DNA of 64,000 nt. Origin: Methylocella sp. Its GTDB lineage: Bacteria; Pseudomonadota; Alphaproteobacteria; Rhizobiales; Beijerinckiaceae. Of the stretch, positions 39,045 through 47,849 are shown one piece after another; the stretch's first letter is position 1, and every line of letters begins with the position of its first letter. The notes beneath the pieces are model-generated. The model saw only the letters and a program-made list of their open reading frames with translations. It was not told where the DNA came from and did not search any database. The DNA is taken from contig DATBPZ010000019.1 in assembly GCA_036561105.1 (NCBI GenBank), forward strand, positions 14,757 through 78,756, given 5' to 3'. A program made the translations under genes and the position numbers.

Positions 39045-40427
39045 TCAATATGAACATTCGTCGAAAGCGAATTCCATATTTCCAGCCCATTGGGTTTTGA
39101 ATTTCCGGATCAATCTTTCAGCTTCGCTCGTTTCGAGGAGAACCGCATCGAGAGGATCAAGAAACCAAGTTTCATCATTGCCACGCCCGTCGCGCCGGTT
39201 GCGCTTCGCAAGTCCTGCCCGAGCGATATGCAGAACTTCGGCCGCGACCTCGCGAAGCGGGCGCCCGCCAACGGCCGCGGCAAGCCCGAGGCGGGGAACC
39301 TCCGCCCGCAATTTTTCGCGCGTCGCATCGCTCCAGGTCTTCACGATGTCCCAAGCCGCATCAAGCGAGGAAGGATCATAAAGGAGACCCGCGAAAAAAG
39401 CCGGGAGCGCCGTTAGGAATGGCCTTGGTCCGGCATCCGCGCCACGCATTTCGAGATAGCGCTTGAGCCGCACTTCCGGAAAAATGGTGGAAAGATGGTT
39501 GGCCCAATCGGCGAGCGTCGCCTGTTCGCCAGGCAACGCCGCTAGCTTGCCCTGCAAGAGATCGCGGAAATCGCCCCCTGCCACATCGTGGTAGATGTCG
39601 CCCCGTTTGACAAAATACATCGGCACCGAAATGGCATAATCGACATAGCGCTCAAACGACATTCCATCCTCGAACGCAAAGGGCAGCATACCTGTGCGTG
39701 CCGCGTCGGTATGGCGCCAAATCTCCGAACGCGCTGAAAGGAATCCATTGAGCTTGCCATCCGCAAAGGGGGAATTGGCGAAGAGTGCTGTCGCGACCGG
39801 CTGCAAGGCCAGCGACACGCGCAACTTTTTCACCATATCCATTTCGCTGGAGAAATCGAGATTGGCTTGCACCGTGCTTGTGCGGAACATCATATCAAGC
39901 CCTTGCGTGCCAACCTTAGGCATATATTTCGCCATGATCACGTAGCGGTGTTTTGGCATGATTGGAATTTCACCGCGCCGCCATTTCGGACTCATGCCAA
40001 GGGATAAAAAGCCTATCCCGAGCGGCGCCGCTACGGCATCCAAAGTCAAAAAATGGCGGTCGAGCTCGGAGCCGGTTTGATGGATCGTCTCGAGCGGCGC
40101 GCCGGAGAGTTCGAATTGACCGCCAGGTTCGAGGGAAATTCCGGCACCCCCCATCGCGTCGAAGAGTCCGATGATATGGGCACCGTCGGTGACCGGCGCC
40201 CAGCGGAGTTTCTCCTGCATTCCCTCCAAAAGTGCCTTTATGCCACCTTGACCCCGGACTCCTTCGTAAGGCACGGGCGAATGGCCGCTACGGTAATAGG
40301 GGATTTTCTCATGCTCCGTCCCGATCCGGAATTGTGCCGGAGGTTTTGCTCCTCCTTCGATCCAAGCGACAAGCTCATCGCGCGACGTGATGGGCGTGGA
40401 ATCCGTAACGTCGCGAGCCATTGCCAT
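39045..40427 (-). CDS. gshA: Glutamate--cysteine ligase, plant/alphaproteobacterial type (GCS2)
   Basis: 460 aa. FRIGTEHEKIPY, ISLEPGGQFELSGAP, MFRTSTVQANLDF, FPEVRLKRYLEMRGAD. Confidence 0.9.
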   Translation of the reverse strand: MAMARDVTDSTPITSRDELVAWIEGGAKPPAQFRIGTEHEKIPYYRSGHSPVPYEGVRGQGGIKALLEGMQEKLRWAPVTDGAHIIGLFDAMGGAGISLEPGGQFELSGAPLETIHQTGSELDRHFLTLDAVAAPLGIGFLSLGMSPKWRRGEIPIMPKHRYVIMAKYMPKVGTQGLDMMFRTSTVQANLDFSSEMDMVKKLRVSLALQPVATALFANSPFADGKLNGFLSARSEIWRHTDAARTGMLPFAFEDGMSFERYVDYAISVPMYFVKRGDIYHDVAGGDFRDLLQGKLAALPGEQATLADWANHLSTIFPEVRLKRYLEMRGADAGPRPFLTALPAFFAGLLYDPSSLDAAWDIVKTWSDATREKLRAEVPRLGLAAAVGGRPLREVAAEVLHIARAGLAKRNRRDGRGNDETWFLDPLDAVLLETSEAERLIRKFKTQWAGNMEFAFDECSY

Positions 40428-40610
40428 ACTTTCATTTTCTACACTTGACAGCTGTCGTCATGGGGCAATCCGCTGGCACCATATTCAAAAATATGGCCCC
40501 ATCGGAACTTAACTCCGCGCCGAGCTACATAAGCGGGCGGACGCCGCAGCGCAATGCGCGTGGCGGGACAGAGATGCCGGAACGCCATCCGGCGGACGGA
40601 TGAAAAAATC

Positions 40611-41516
40611 TTAGTGGCGCTTGCCGCTCATGATATCGCTGATTTCTGCCTCAACCCCGCTTTGGGGCGGCCCAGCGGGCGGTGGCGTTGTTCCCGGTTG
40701 CAGCATTTTGGTCAGAGCCTCGAGACCCGCCTGAATCGAAGCCGGATCAAAACCCGGTATTTGTGGACCACCACTCGGGGCAGGTCCCGCCGCCGGGCCG
40801 GATGCTGGACGGCCAGCAAGATTTCCCAGGATGGACCCCAAAAGGCCGCCGAGGCCCCCTTGGCCGCCCGCCGGACCTGCCGGTGATTGGCCGGGGCCGA
40901 CCGGGTTGCGGCCGCCACCCAGGATCTGGCCTAGAATTGAGCCTAATCCGCCTGGGCTTCCGGCGGGTTCTGGGGCGGGCGCCGATGGCGGCTGCGGCGG
41001 AACCGTCTTGCCGCCAAGGATCTGGCCGAGAATCCCGCCGAGGTTGCCCTGCCCGGCAGCATTGGCGAGTTGCCCGATGATCCCGCCAAATCCTTGACTT
41101 TGAAGAGACTTATTGAGGCCGCCGACAATCATCGAAACGATAACCGGAAGCATTTGCGAAAGCGTATCGGCGTTCATGCCCGTCGTGCTTGCCGCCCGTA
41201 CGGCGATTTCCTCTTGAGCGCGATGCGAGCCAAGCAGTTGGCTGAGAATGTCACCGCCCTTTTGCGCGGTAGCGGTAGATTGTGCCGCCTCTGGATCGGT
41301 AAAGGCCGCCAAATGCTGACCTTCCCCCAGCGCCCCAAAGAAGGAAGCGATTCCAAGCGGCTGCGAGGCCTGCTTCAAGAACCCCTCGGACAGCTCCGGC
41401 ACAATGGCCTTGACCGCCGCGTCCGCCTCTTCGGACGTTATATTGAACTGTGCCGCCAAATTATCGATTGCTTGGCCGCCCTGGGCATTACGCAAAATCT
41501 CATAAAGATTGAACAT
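40611..41516 (-). CDS. DUF937-like protein with Gly/Pro-rich repeat C-terminus
   Basis: The track ORF extends to 41861, but a coding-like N-terminus begins at ATG 41516 (MFNLYEILRNAQGGQAIDNLAAQFNITSEEADAAVKAIVPELS). The C-terminal half has three LG[GS][IL]LG[QS]ILG repeats separated by P/G/A-rich spacers. Confidence 0.6.
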   Translation of the reverse strand: MFNLYEILRNAQGGQAIDNLAAQFNITSEEADAAVKAIVPELSEGFLKQASQPLGIASFFGALGEGQHLAAFTDPEAAQSTATAQKGGDILSQLLGSHRAQEEIAVRAASTTGMNADTLSQMLPVIVSMIVGGLNKSLQSQGFGGIIGQLANAAGQGNLGGILGQILGGKTVPPQPPSAPAPEPAGSPGGLGSILGQILGGGRNPVGPGQSPAGPAGGQGGLGGLLGSILGNLAGRPASGPAAGPAPSGGPQIPGFDPASIQAGLEALTKMLQPGTTPPPAGPPQSGVEAEISDIMSGKRH

Positions 41517-41584
41517 GGCCGTCCTCCACAGCTCGCCCGCGTTAACGGGCCGCCGGAACGTTGTCCGGCGGTCGCGGCGCAATG

Positions 41585-43009
41585 CTACAGGACCTTCGGG
41601 CGATTTGCGAGCCGCGCCGTGACGTAATAAGCCGCGATCACGGCACCCGCGCCAAACAGGGCCGAACCGAGGATCAGGCCAACATAGCCGCCTTCCGCCC
41701 CAAACCGCGCGGTGCCGATCGACACGAAGGGGACCGTCCCTAGCGTTGCACGCCCCCAATTGAACAGTGTCGAAAGAAGTGGAAATCCGAGATTGTTGAA
41801 GGCCGCGTTGGCGACAAAAATGGCTCCCAGAAAAAACCAGAGGGCGCCGCCATAGGCGCAAACGAACAGCAACAGATCGGCGGTCTCGCCCTGCGCGTGA
41901 AAGAGTTTAACAATCATAGGCGCGGTCAGCCGCAGAAGGATCGCCACCGCGATGACGTAGAGCGCGGCAAAGGTTAAGCAGTCGGTAAGCACTTGCCGCA
42001 CTCTCGGGATTAGCTTGGCACCGAGATTTTGGCCCATGATCGGGCCAACCGCTGCGGATAAGGCGAAGAGAACTCCGAATGCCATGGGATTGAGCCGGTC
42101 GACGATGGCAAAAGCCGCGACAACCGCTTCGCCGAAATGCGAAAAAATGCGCATCGTATAGGCATTGGCTGCTGGGGCCGCCAGATTGGTCAGGATCGCC
42201 GGAATGGCAATGCCCATCACCGGGGCGAGATCCAATCTTGCCGCCGCGCGGCTCGGTTTGGCGACGAGATCATGTTTGAGAACGGCGCCATTCAGTCCAA
42301 CCGCAATGAAAACGAACCTAGAAATGAGCGTGACGATGGCAGCGCCCGTGACACCAAGGCCAAAACCGAAAATAAACAAGGGATCGAGCGCGGCTGTGGT
42401 GAGCGCACCCGCGAGCGTTACATACATCGAGCGCTTCGCATCGCCCGCAGCGCGCAAAATGCTTGCGAGCCCCATGCCGAGACCGAGGAACACGGTGGCC
42501 GGAAGTGTAATCGCAAGGTAGGCGGACGCGACGTCGAGAGTTACGCCGCTCGCCCCAAAGAGAGTAAGAATTTCCCGCCGCATCATCCAAGCGGCACAGC
42601 TCACCAAAGCCGCGATCAGAAAGACATGGACAAGGCCAGAAGCCGCGAGCCGCCTTGCGCGCGTTCTATCGCCGGAGCCGAGCGCGCGCGACACAAGGGC
42701 GCCGATCGCGATGGAAAGTCCGATGTTGATCGAGACGGAGAAAAACAGGACCTGCGAGGCAAAGCCGACGGCAGCGGTGAGCTTCGAATCGCCAAGCCAG
42801 GATACGTAGAGCAGCGACAAAAGATCGACGAGAAAAATCGACATGAGTCCAAGAGACGTCGCCGACGTCATGACGATCACATGACGCATGGTCGAACCCT
42901 GGGTGAAAACCGCGCGGGGAAGTGGGCCATTGCTCAATGGGCGGTTCCTTCTTGCGGGATATCGGGCAACGCGGTTTGGCGCTAGGCGGAGAGCGGACGA
43001 AGTCAGCAC
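41585..43009 (-). CDS. MATE-family efflux transporter
   Basis: 474 aa (alternative ATG at MRHVIV). About 12 TM helices in two six-helix halves. The LxxLYVSWLGDSKLTAAVGFASQV pattern is typical of NorM/DinF-like proteins. Confidence 0.85.
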   Translation of the reverse strand: MLTSSALRLAPNRVARYPARRNRPLSNGPLPRAVFTQGSTMRHVIVMTSATSLGLMSIFLVDLLSLLYVSWLGDSKLTAAVGFASQVLFFSVSINIGLSIAIGALVSRALGSGDRTRARRLAASGLVHVFLIAALVSCAAWMMRREILTLFGASGVTLDVASAYLAITLPATVFLGLGMGLASILRAAGDAKRSMYVTLAGALTTAALDPLFIFGFGLGVTGAAIVTLISRFVFIAVGLNGAVLKHDLVAKPSRAAARLDLAPVMGIAIPAILTNLAAPAANAYTMRIFSHFGEAVVAAFAIVDRLNPMAFGVLFALSAAVGPIMGQNLGAKLIPRVRQVLTDCLTFAALYVIAVAILLRLTAPMIVKLFHAQGETADLLLFVCAYGGALWFFLGAIFVANAAFNNLGFPLLSTLFNWGRATLGTVPFVSIGTARFGAEGGYVGLILGSALFGAGAVIAAYYVTARLANRPKVL

Positions 43010-43063
43010 CAGAATGTTTTTTGCGTTCCGATCAAACGCAATGCTTTCCCGAAGGAGAGCAGC

Positions 43064-43627
43064 TCAAATTTTTGGCGCAGTCCAGATGACCATGTCGCGC
43101 ATGACTTGCGCCAGCGCCGCGTCAAGCGCCGCGGCGACCACCGCCGGATCGCTCGAGGCCACCGGCACATTACCTGAAAATAAACGCCCGGCGATGATGC
43201 GGCCGCTCTGGCCGACAATTTGCGCGGAAATTTCGACCACAGCCTCCCCCCGCCCCGTATCGAGTTCGAACCGCCGGATGCTGGATTGGAGACTGACATC
43301 GGCGAGCATGCCGGGCCGTCCAACCGCCCGCAACAGATGTGCATTCTGAAAGCTCTCGATCAGCCGGCTCTGTACAAGCGATGGCAATTTGTCGGCCCAT
43401 TGGGCGCCCGTGAGATAGGCGACCGATTGTGGATCGGTCCGCACGACAATACGATCCGAGTCGGCTGGCAATATTGCATCGGGACGTGCCACTGCGAGCT
43501 GGCCGCGCCCTGCTCGCGCGGCAAAATCGCCGCTTGCCGGGCTGAGGTCGTAAGTGGTTTTCGGCGCAGAGGAACAGGACGCAAGCACGGACAACGACAA
43601 GCCGGCGAGCAAAAACACCCGCTGCAC
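43064..43627 (-). CDS. ABC-type transport auxiliary lipoprotein (DUF330 / PqiC-like)
   Basis: Track ORF to 43687; likely GTG start at 43627 giving (M)QRVFLLAGLSLSVLASCSS with lipobox LASC. Located downstream of the MlaD-like gene. Confidence 0.7.
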   Translation of the reverse strand: MQRVFLLAGLSLSVLASCSSAPKTTYDLSPASGDFAARAGRGQLAVARPDAILPADSDRIVVRTDPQSVAYLTGAQWADKLPSLVQSRLIESFQNAHLLRAVGRPGMLADVSLQSSIRRFELDTGRGEAVVEISAQIVGQSGRIIAGRLFSGNVPVASSDPAVVAAALDAALAQVMRDMVIWTAPKI

Positions 43628-43867
43628 GCGATCCAAATTCCAAGCGTCCGTGAGGCCAAAATACCCCATGCAGAAATCCACTTCCAAACAAACGGCACAA
43701 GGGTTGACCCGGCGGCGGAGGACCGAAGTCCCTTACACGGGAAACCTTATCGAAACATCCGGACTTGGGCTTCCCCGATGTTCAATGATAGCATGGAATG
43801 CTTCCGTCAAGCTTAGCGCAGCATTTGGCGGCCCCACTTATTGACCGCGCAAATTCATGAAAAGCCG

Positions 43868-44938
43868 TTAACGCGCACCAGAATATTCGGGAATTTGCGG
43901 CGATTTTCCGAAAAGGAACTGTTGCGGATTGCTCTCGATCGAACGGACTGCCTGATTGATTTGCTCAAGGGTCTTGCGGCCATCGACCGCCAGCGCCTCG
44001 TATTGGCGAAGCCCAGAACCCGTAAAGCGGTTGATATTGACGGCGATTTCCTTCATCCGGGAATCAAGATCGTCGGCGGCCTTCTTAACTGACTTTGCGG
44101 CTGCGGCAATTTCGCCAAACGCACCCTTCGAATCCCCCGTCGCAAGAAAACCATTCAAATTGGTCAAAACCCCGTCGACCTTGTCCGCCGCTTTGTCGAG
44201 TTTTGCCGACAACGAGGCGAAATCGCTGACGATCGTTTTGACGTCATTGGGATTGATCGCCTTTACGACATTATCGGCATCTGCCGCCAGGACGTCGAGT
44301 CTCGCCGTCAACGGTTTGATGGATTTGCCTACATCGGCGATCGCACCCATGAAATCCTTCAGACCGTCGGAATTGGCGGCGAGCGCATCGGAGAATTTTT
44401 CGGCGTTCTTCACCGAAGCCGTGATCGACGCCGAATTGTCATCGATCAGGCGGTTGGTTTTGTCGAGGAAATCGGAGGCCTGCGTCGCGATACGTCGCGC
44501 CGTCGCGATGAGATCCTGGAAATCCGACCGATCAGCGATAATGACACCGGGCTCTTGCTTACTCGTTTGAAGAGGCGGCGCATCGGTGGCACCGCCGGTC
44601 AATGCGACGGAGGCAACCCCTGTAAACCCCGTGTATTCGAGCCTCGCCTTTGTATCTGCGCGCACCGGAACCTTCGCATCGACATCGACCAGAGCAAAGA
44701 CGCGCGAGGGATCTTGCGGCAATAGATCAATTTTCGTGACCTCGCCAACCCGCACCCCATTGAAGAGGACCCAGCCGCCATTCGACAGTCCTGAAATCGA
44801 GCCCGTGAAAACAATTTTGTAAGTCTTTTGACCACCAGGTTTCTCGGCGCCGGAAAACCAATAAACAAAGCCAAAGGCCGCAGCGATGACAGCCAGGGTG
44901 AAAATACCTATCAATGCATAGTTCGCACGGGTTTCCAT
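43868..44938 (-). CDS. MlaD/MCE-domain substrate-binding protein
   Basis: 356 aa. N-terminal anchor METRANYALIGIFTLAVIAAAFGFVYW, an MCE domain (FTGSISGLSNGGWVLFNGVRVGEVTKI), and a long helical C-terminus. Confidence 0.85.
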   Translation of the reverse strand: METRANYALIGIFTLAVIAAAFGFVYWFSGAEKPGGQKTYKIVFTGSISGLSNGGWVLFNGVRVGEVTKIDLLPQDPSRVFALVDVDAKVPVRADTKARLEYTGFTGVASVALTGGATDAPPLQTSKQEPGVIIADRSDFQDLIATARRIATQASDFLDKTNRLIDDNSASITASVKNAEKFSDALAANSDGLKDFMGAIADVGKSIKPLTARLDVLAADADNVVKAINPNDVKTIVSDFASLSAKLDKAADKVDGVLTNLNGFLATGDSKGAFGEIAAAAKSVKKAADDLDSRMKEIAVNINRFTGSGLRQYEALAVDGRKTLEQINQAVRSIESNPQQFLFGKSPQIPEYSGAR

Positions 44939-44975
44939 CTAGCCTCGCCTGCTGTTCTTAAACATGAATCCTGCT

Positions 44976-45860
44976 TCACGTTGGGCTGGGAGTATCATTC
45001 AACGCGTCCGTCTGAATGTTTTCTGCCGCCATGCCCGCTTCCCCGAAGTGACCCGCTGAAGCGGAGTCCGCAAGACGCGCCCTTTTGCCATGGAAGTAGG
45101 CGTGAACCCACGGATGCTGTGAGGCAAGCATCGTGGAAAGCGGTCCTTCGGCAACCACTTTCCCATCCGCGAGCGCGGCAATCCTGTCGCAGATCGAAAA
45201 GAGACTGTCGAGGTCATGGGTCACCATGAATACCGTGAGACCAAGCGTTCGTTGCATTGTGGCGATCAATTCGTCGAATTCCGCCGCGCCGATCGGATCA
45301 AGGCCCGAAGTCGGCTCATCGAGAAACACGAGTTCTGGATCGAGCGCCAAGGCCCTTGCCAAGGCAGCCCGTTTGATCATGCCGCCGGAGAGTTCGGACG
45401 GGTATTTGTTGCCGGCGTCTGGATCAAGACCCGCGAGCTCGATCTTGAGCATCGCGAGTTCTTCTGTAAGGCGCGGCGACAATTGCAAATGTTCGCGCAT
45501 CGGAACTTCGACGTTCTGCTTGACGGTGAGACCAGAAAACAGCGCGCCTTGTTGAAACATGACGCCGATACGACGCTCAATCGCGGCGTATTCGCGGGGC
45601 GACAGCGCGTCAAGATCCGCGCCAAGAATCTCGATGAGCCCGCTGCGTTTCTGGATAAGCCCCAAAATCGTCCGCGTAAGAACCGATTTTCCAGTGCCGG
45701 AGCCGCCGACGAAGCCCAAGACTTCGCCTCTGTAAACATCAAGATCAAGGCCTTGCATGATGAGCTTATCGCCAAAACCCACCACGAGATCGCGCACCTT
45801 AATGATGATCTCCGGCGGCGCGCCCCGGCCCGCGGCATTTTTCTCTTGCCCGTTCATCAA
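44976..45860 (-). CDS. ABC transporter ATP-binding protein (MlaF-like)
   Basis: 294 aa. Walker A GGSGTGKS, signature LSGGMIKR, Walker B LVFLDEPTSGLD, H-loop VTHD. Confidence 0.92.
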   Translation of the reverse strand: MMNGQEKNAAGRGAPPEIIIKVRDLVVGFGDKLIMQGLDLDVYRGEVLGFVGGSGTGKSVLTRTILGLIQKRSGLIEILGADLDALSPREYAAIERRIGVMFQQGALFSGLTVKQNVEVPMREHLQLSPRLTEELAMLKIELAGLDPDAGNKYPSELSGGMIKRAALARALALDPELVFLDEPTSGLDPIGAAEFDELIATMQRTLGLTVFMVTHDLDSLFSICDRIAALADGKVVAEGPLSTMLASQHPWVHAYFHGKRARLADSASAGHFGEAGMAAENIQTDALNDTPSPT

Positions 45861-46996
45861 TATCCGATCCCGGCGAAGAACATCGCAAAAAGCCCATCGA
45901 CCACGACGACCATAAAAATCGACTTCACTACCGAGGCTGTAACCCGGCGTCCCAGCGATTCCGCCGAACCGGCAACAGCCAGACCTTCGACGCAGGCAAT
46001 AAGACCAACGATAAGCGCCATGAAGGGAGCTTTAATGAGCCCGCTGAAAAAACTATGGTAGCCGATCGCCGTCTGCAGTCCCGTCAAAAATCTTGCCGGA
46101 GTGATCCCGTCATATATCCAAGCGACCAACAGGCCGCCGAAGATCCCGGACATATCGGCAATGAAGGTCAAGAGCGGAAGGCCGATGATGAGCGCCAGAA
46201 TTCGGGGAACGATCAAGATGTCAACAGGCCGCAATCCCATGACGGTCAGAGCATCGATTTCCTCTTGAAGCTTCATTGAGCCCAGTTCTGCGGTGATCGC
46301 CGAGCCGGATCGTCCGGAGATCATGATCGCGGTCAACAAAACGCCGAGTTCACGCAAGACCAAAATACCGATGAGGTCGACAACGAAGATTGTCGCGCCA
46401 AACCTCCGCAACTGGAAAATACCCTGCTGCGCGATGATGGCACCCGCCAAAAAATTAATCAGGGCAATAATCGGCGCGCCGCGAAGGGCGATGCTCTCCA
46501 TTTGGACGATGAGCGAAGTTCCGCGGAAATGAGACGGGTTGACGAGGCTTCTTCCGATGGCCGCCACGACCTCCCCGAGAAACCCAATGCCCTTGTACAG
46601 ATCGCCGCCCGCGGACACCACGGTTTCGCCGATATCCGCGAGAAGCCGGAAGATGTAAGAACCGTGTGGTGATACCGGAACAGCAACTGCCCGGTAACGG
46701 GCTTCACGCAGCAGGATTTCATATTCGGGGCGGATCGATTCAAGCGTTGCCTCGATGCCGGACGCGCCGAGCGTGTCACGCGCCCGGTCGATGAGCCACG
46801 CTCCCGCCGTATCAAGCCGGACAATCCGGCCAAGATCAAAAACGACTTTTCGTGCCCCGGCGCTTTCCTGAAGAAGGCCTTCGGCGCGGGTCTCGATGGC
46901 TGCCGACGCGTCCACGGTCCATTGGCCGCCGAGACTAAGCCGCACGGAGTCGCCCACATGCTGCGCGGAAAATTGCGGACCGTCCGGCAAATCCAT
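45857..46996 (-). CDS. MlaE-family ABC permease with N-terminal STAS-like domain
   Basis: 379 aa. N-terminal STAS-like segment (LSLGGQWTV..VVFDLGRIVRLDTAGAWLI), then the MlaE core (VVDLIGILVLRELGVLLTAIMISGRSGSAITAELGSMKLQEEIDAL). The 4-nt overlap with the ATPase gene indicates an operon. Confidence 0.88.
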   Translation of the reverse strand: MDLPDGPQFSAQHVGDSVRLSLGGQWTVDASAAIETRAEGLLQESAGARKVVFDLGRIVRLDTAGAWLIDRARDTLGASGIEATLESIRPEYEILLREARYRAVAVPVSPHGSYIFRLLADIGETVVSAGGDLYKGIGFLGEVVAAIGRSLVNPSHFRGTSLIVQMESIALRGAPIIALINFLAGAIIAQQGIFQLRRFGATIFVVDLIGILVLRELGVLLTAIMISGRSGSAITAELGSMKLQEEIDALTVMGLRPVDILIVPRILALIIGLPLLTFIADMSGIFGGLLVAWIYDGITPARFLTGLQTAIGYHSFFSGLIKAPFMALIVGLIACVEGLAVAGSAESLGRRVTASVVKSIFMVVVVDGLFAMFFAGIGY

Positions 46997-47263
46997 CGCG
47001 TAAGCTCCGCCCCAATGTTAACAAGACCTAGCAACAAAAACGACATCAATGATGCCGGTTTGACAGCCGCTTGCGGCAAAGTCGAGGCAATTTCACGAAA
47101 ACTATCCCCGGCGGGCATCAAATGCTTACAGTCGTCAATTCGCAGCCTGCATTTGTCTTGTTGCGCGAAAGTCACGGGGCTCTACAATCGCGGGATTTCA
47201 CTGAGCGTTACCTGCACAATAGTTGATTCTTGCTTGACTCCGGGAAGATAACTCTCGCATTTT

Positions 47264-47283
47264 TGATAATGTAATCGTTATCA
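47264..47283. promoter_or_regulatory. Fur-family-like palindromic operator candidate
   Basis: TGATAA-TGTAATCG-TTATCA has perfect 6-bp arms. The string GATAATGTAATCGTTATC resembles the classic Fur box GATAATGATAATCATTATC (one gap, one mismatch). It is the only such AT-rich element upstream of the copper cluster. Confidence 0.3.
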
Positions 47284-47369
47284 TCGTTCGGAAAGTGTAG
47301 CACGTGCGCGCGGCCTCGTCCCAACCTCCCCGGCACCGGGAACTATCGCGTAAGTCCGCGAGGGGCTGG

Positions 47370-47777
47370 GTGCGTGCCGTCCGCTGTTGGTTCATTCTGT
47401 TTGCCTGCATCTCGCAATCCTTCGTGTTTGCTCAACACAATCATGCGTTGATTGCTGACTCGCATTTCATCGCGGCCGCCGGCGGGTCAAGCCATCAATC
47501 CGCGAGTACTGGCCTGGAACAAGCAGCGGTTCGCTGCGCGACAGATTACGGCCACGCCGGTTCCTCCGGGCACGGTTCGCCGTCGCCGTGCCAGGAGGAC
47601 AATTGCCCTTGCTGCCCATTGACGGACGGCACCGCCGCGATATTACCTCAGGAATTTGCGCACGCCTCCGATCCACCGCGGCATTTAAGAACGATCGCCC
47701 TGCCAGTATTTCTCGGCGCCCTCACACGGCCTTTGACCCATGATGGGCAGCCGCGCGCACCACCCATCCAGGTCTGA
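47370..47777 (+). CDS. DUF2946-like small membrane-anchored protein with CPCCP motif
   Basis: Track ORF 47304..47777. GTG 47370 (after AGGGGCTGG) would give (M)RAVRCWFILFACISQSFVFAQ, an N-terminal anchor or signal. His-rich stretch, then ..QEDNCPCCPLTDG..ILPQEF. The architecture is as I remember DUF2946, which is usually copper-associated. Confidence 0.5.
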   Translation: MRAVRCWFILFACISQSFVFAQHNHALIADSHFIAAAGGSSHQSASTGLEQAAVRCATDYGHAGSSGHGSPSPCQEDNCPCCPLTDGTAAILPQEFAHASDPPRHLRTIALPVFLGALTRPLTHDGQPRAPPIQV

Positions 47778-47849
47778 CCAGCTAGCATTGCAGACGCCGC
47801 CCTCTCGCGGCAGATCACGGCTACTCCCTGTTCAGATCGAGGATCGGTC

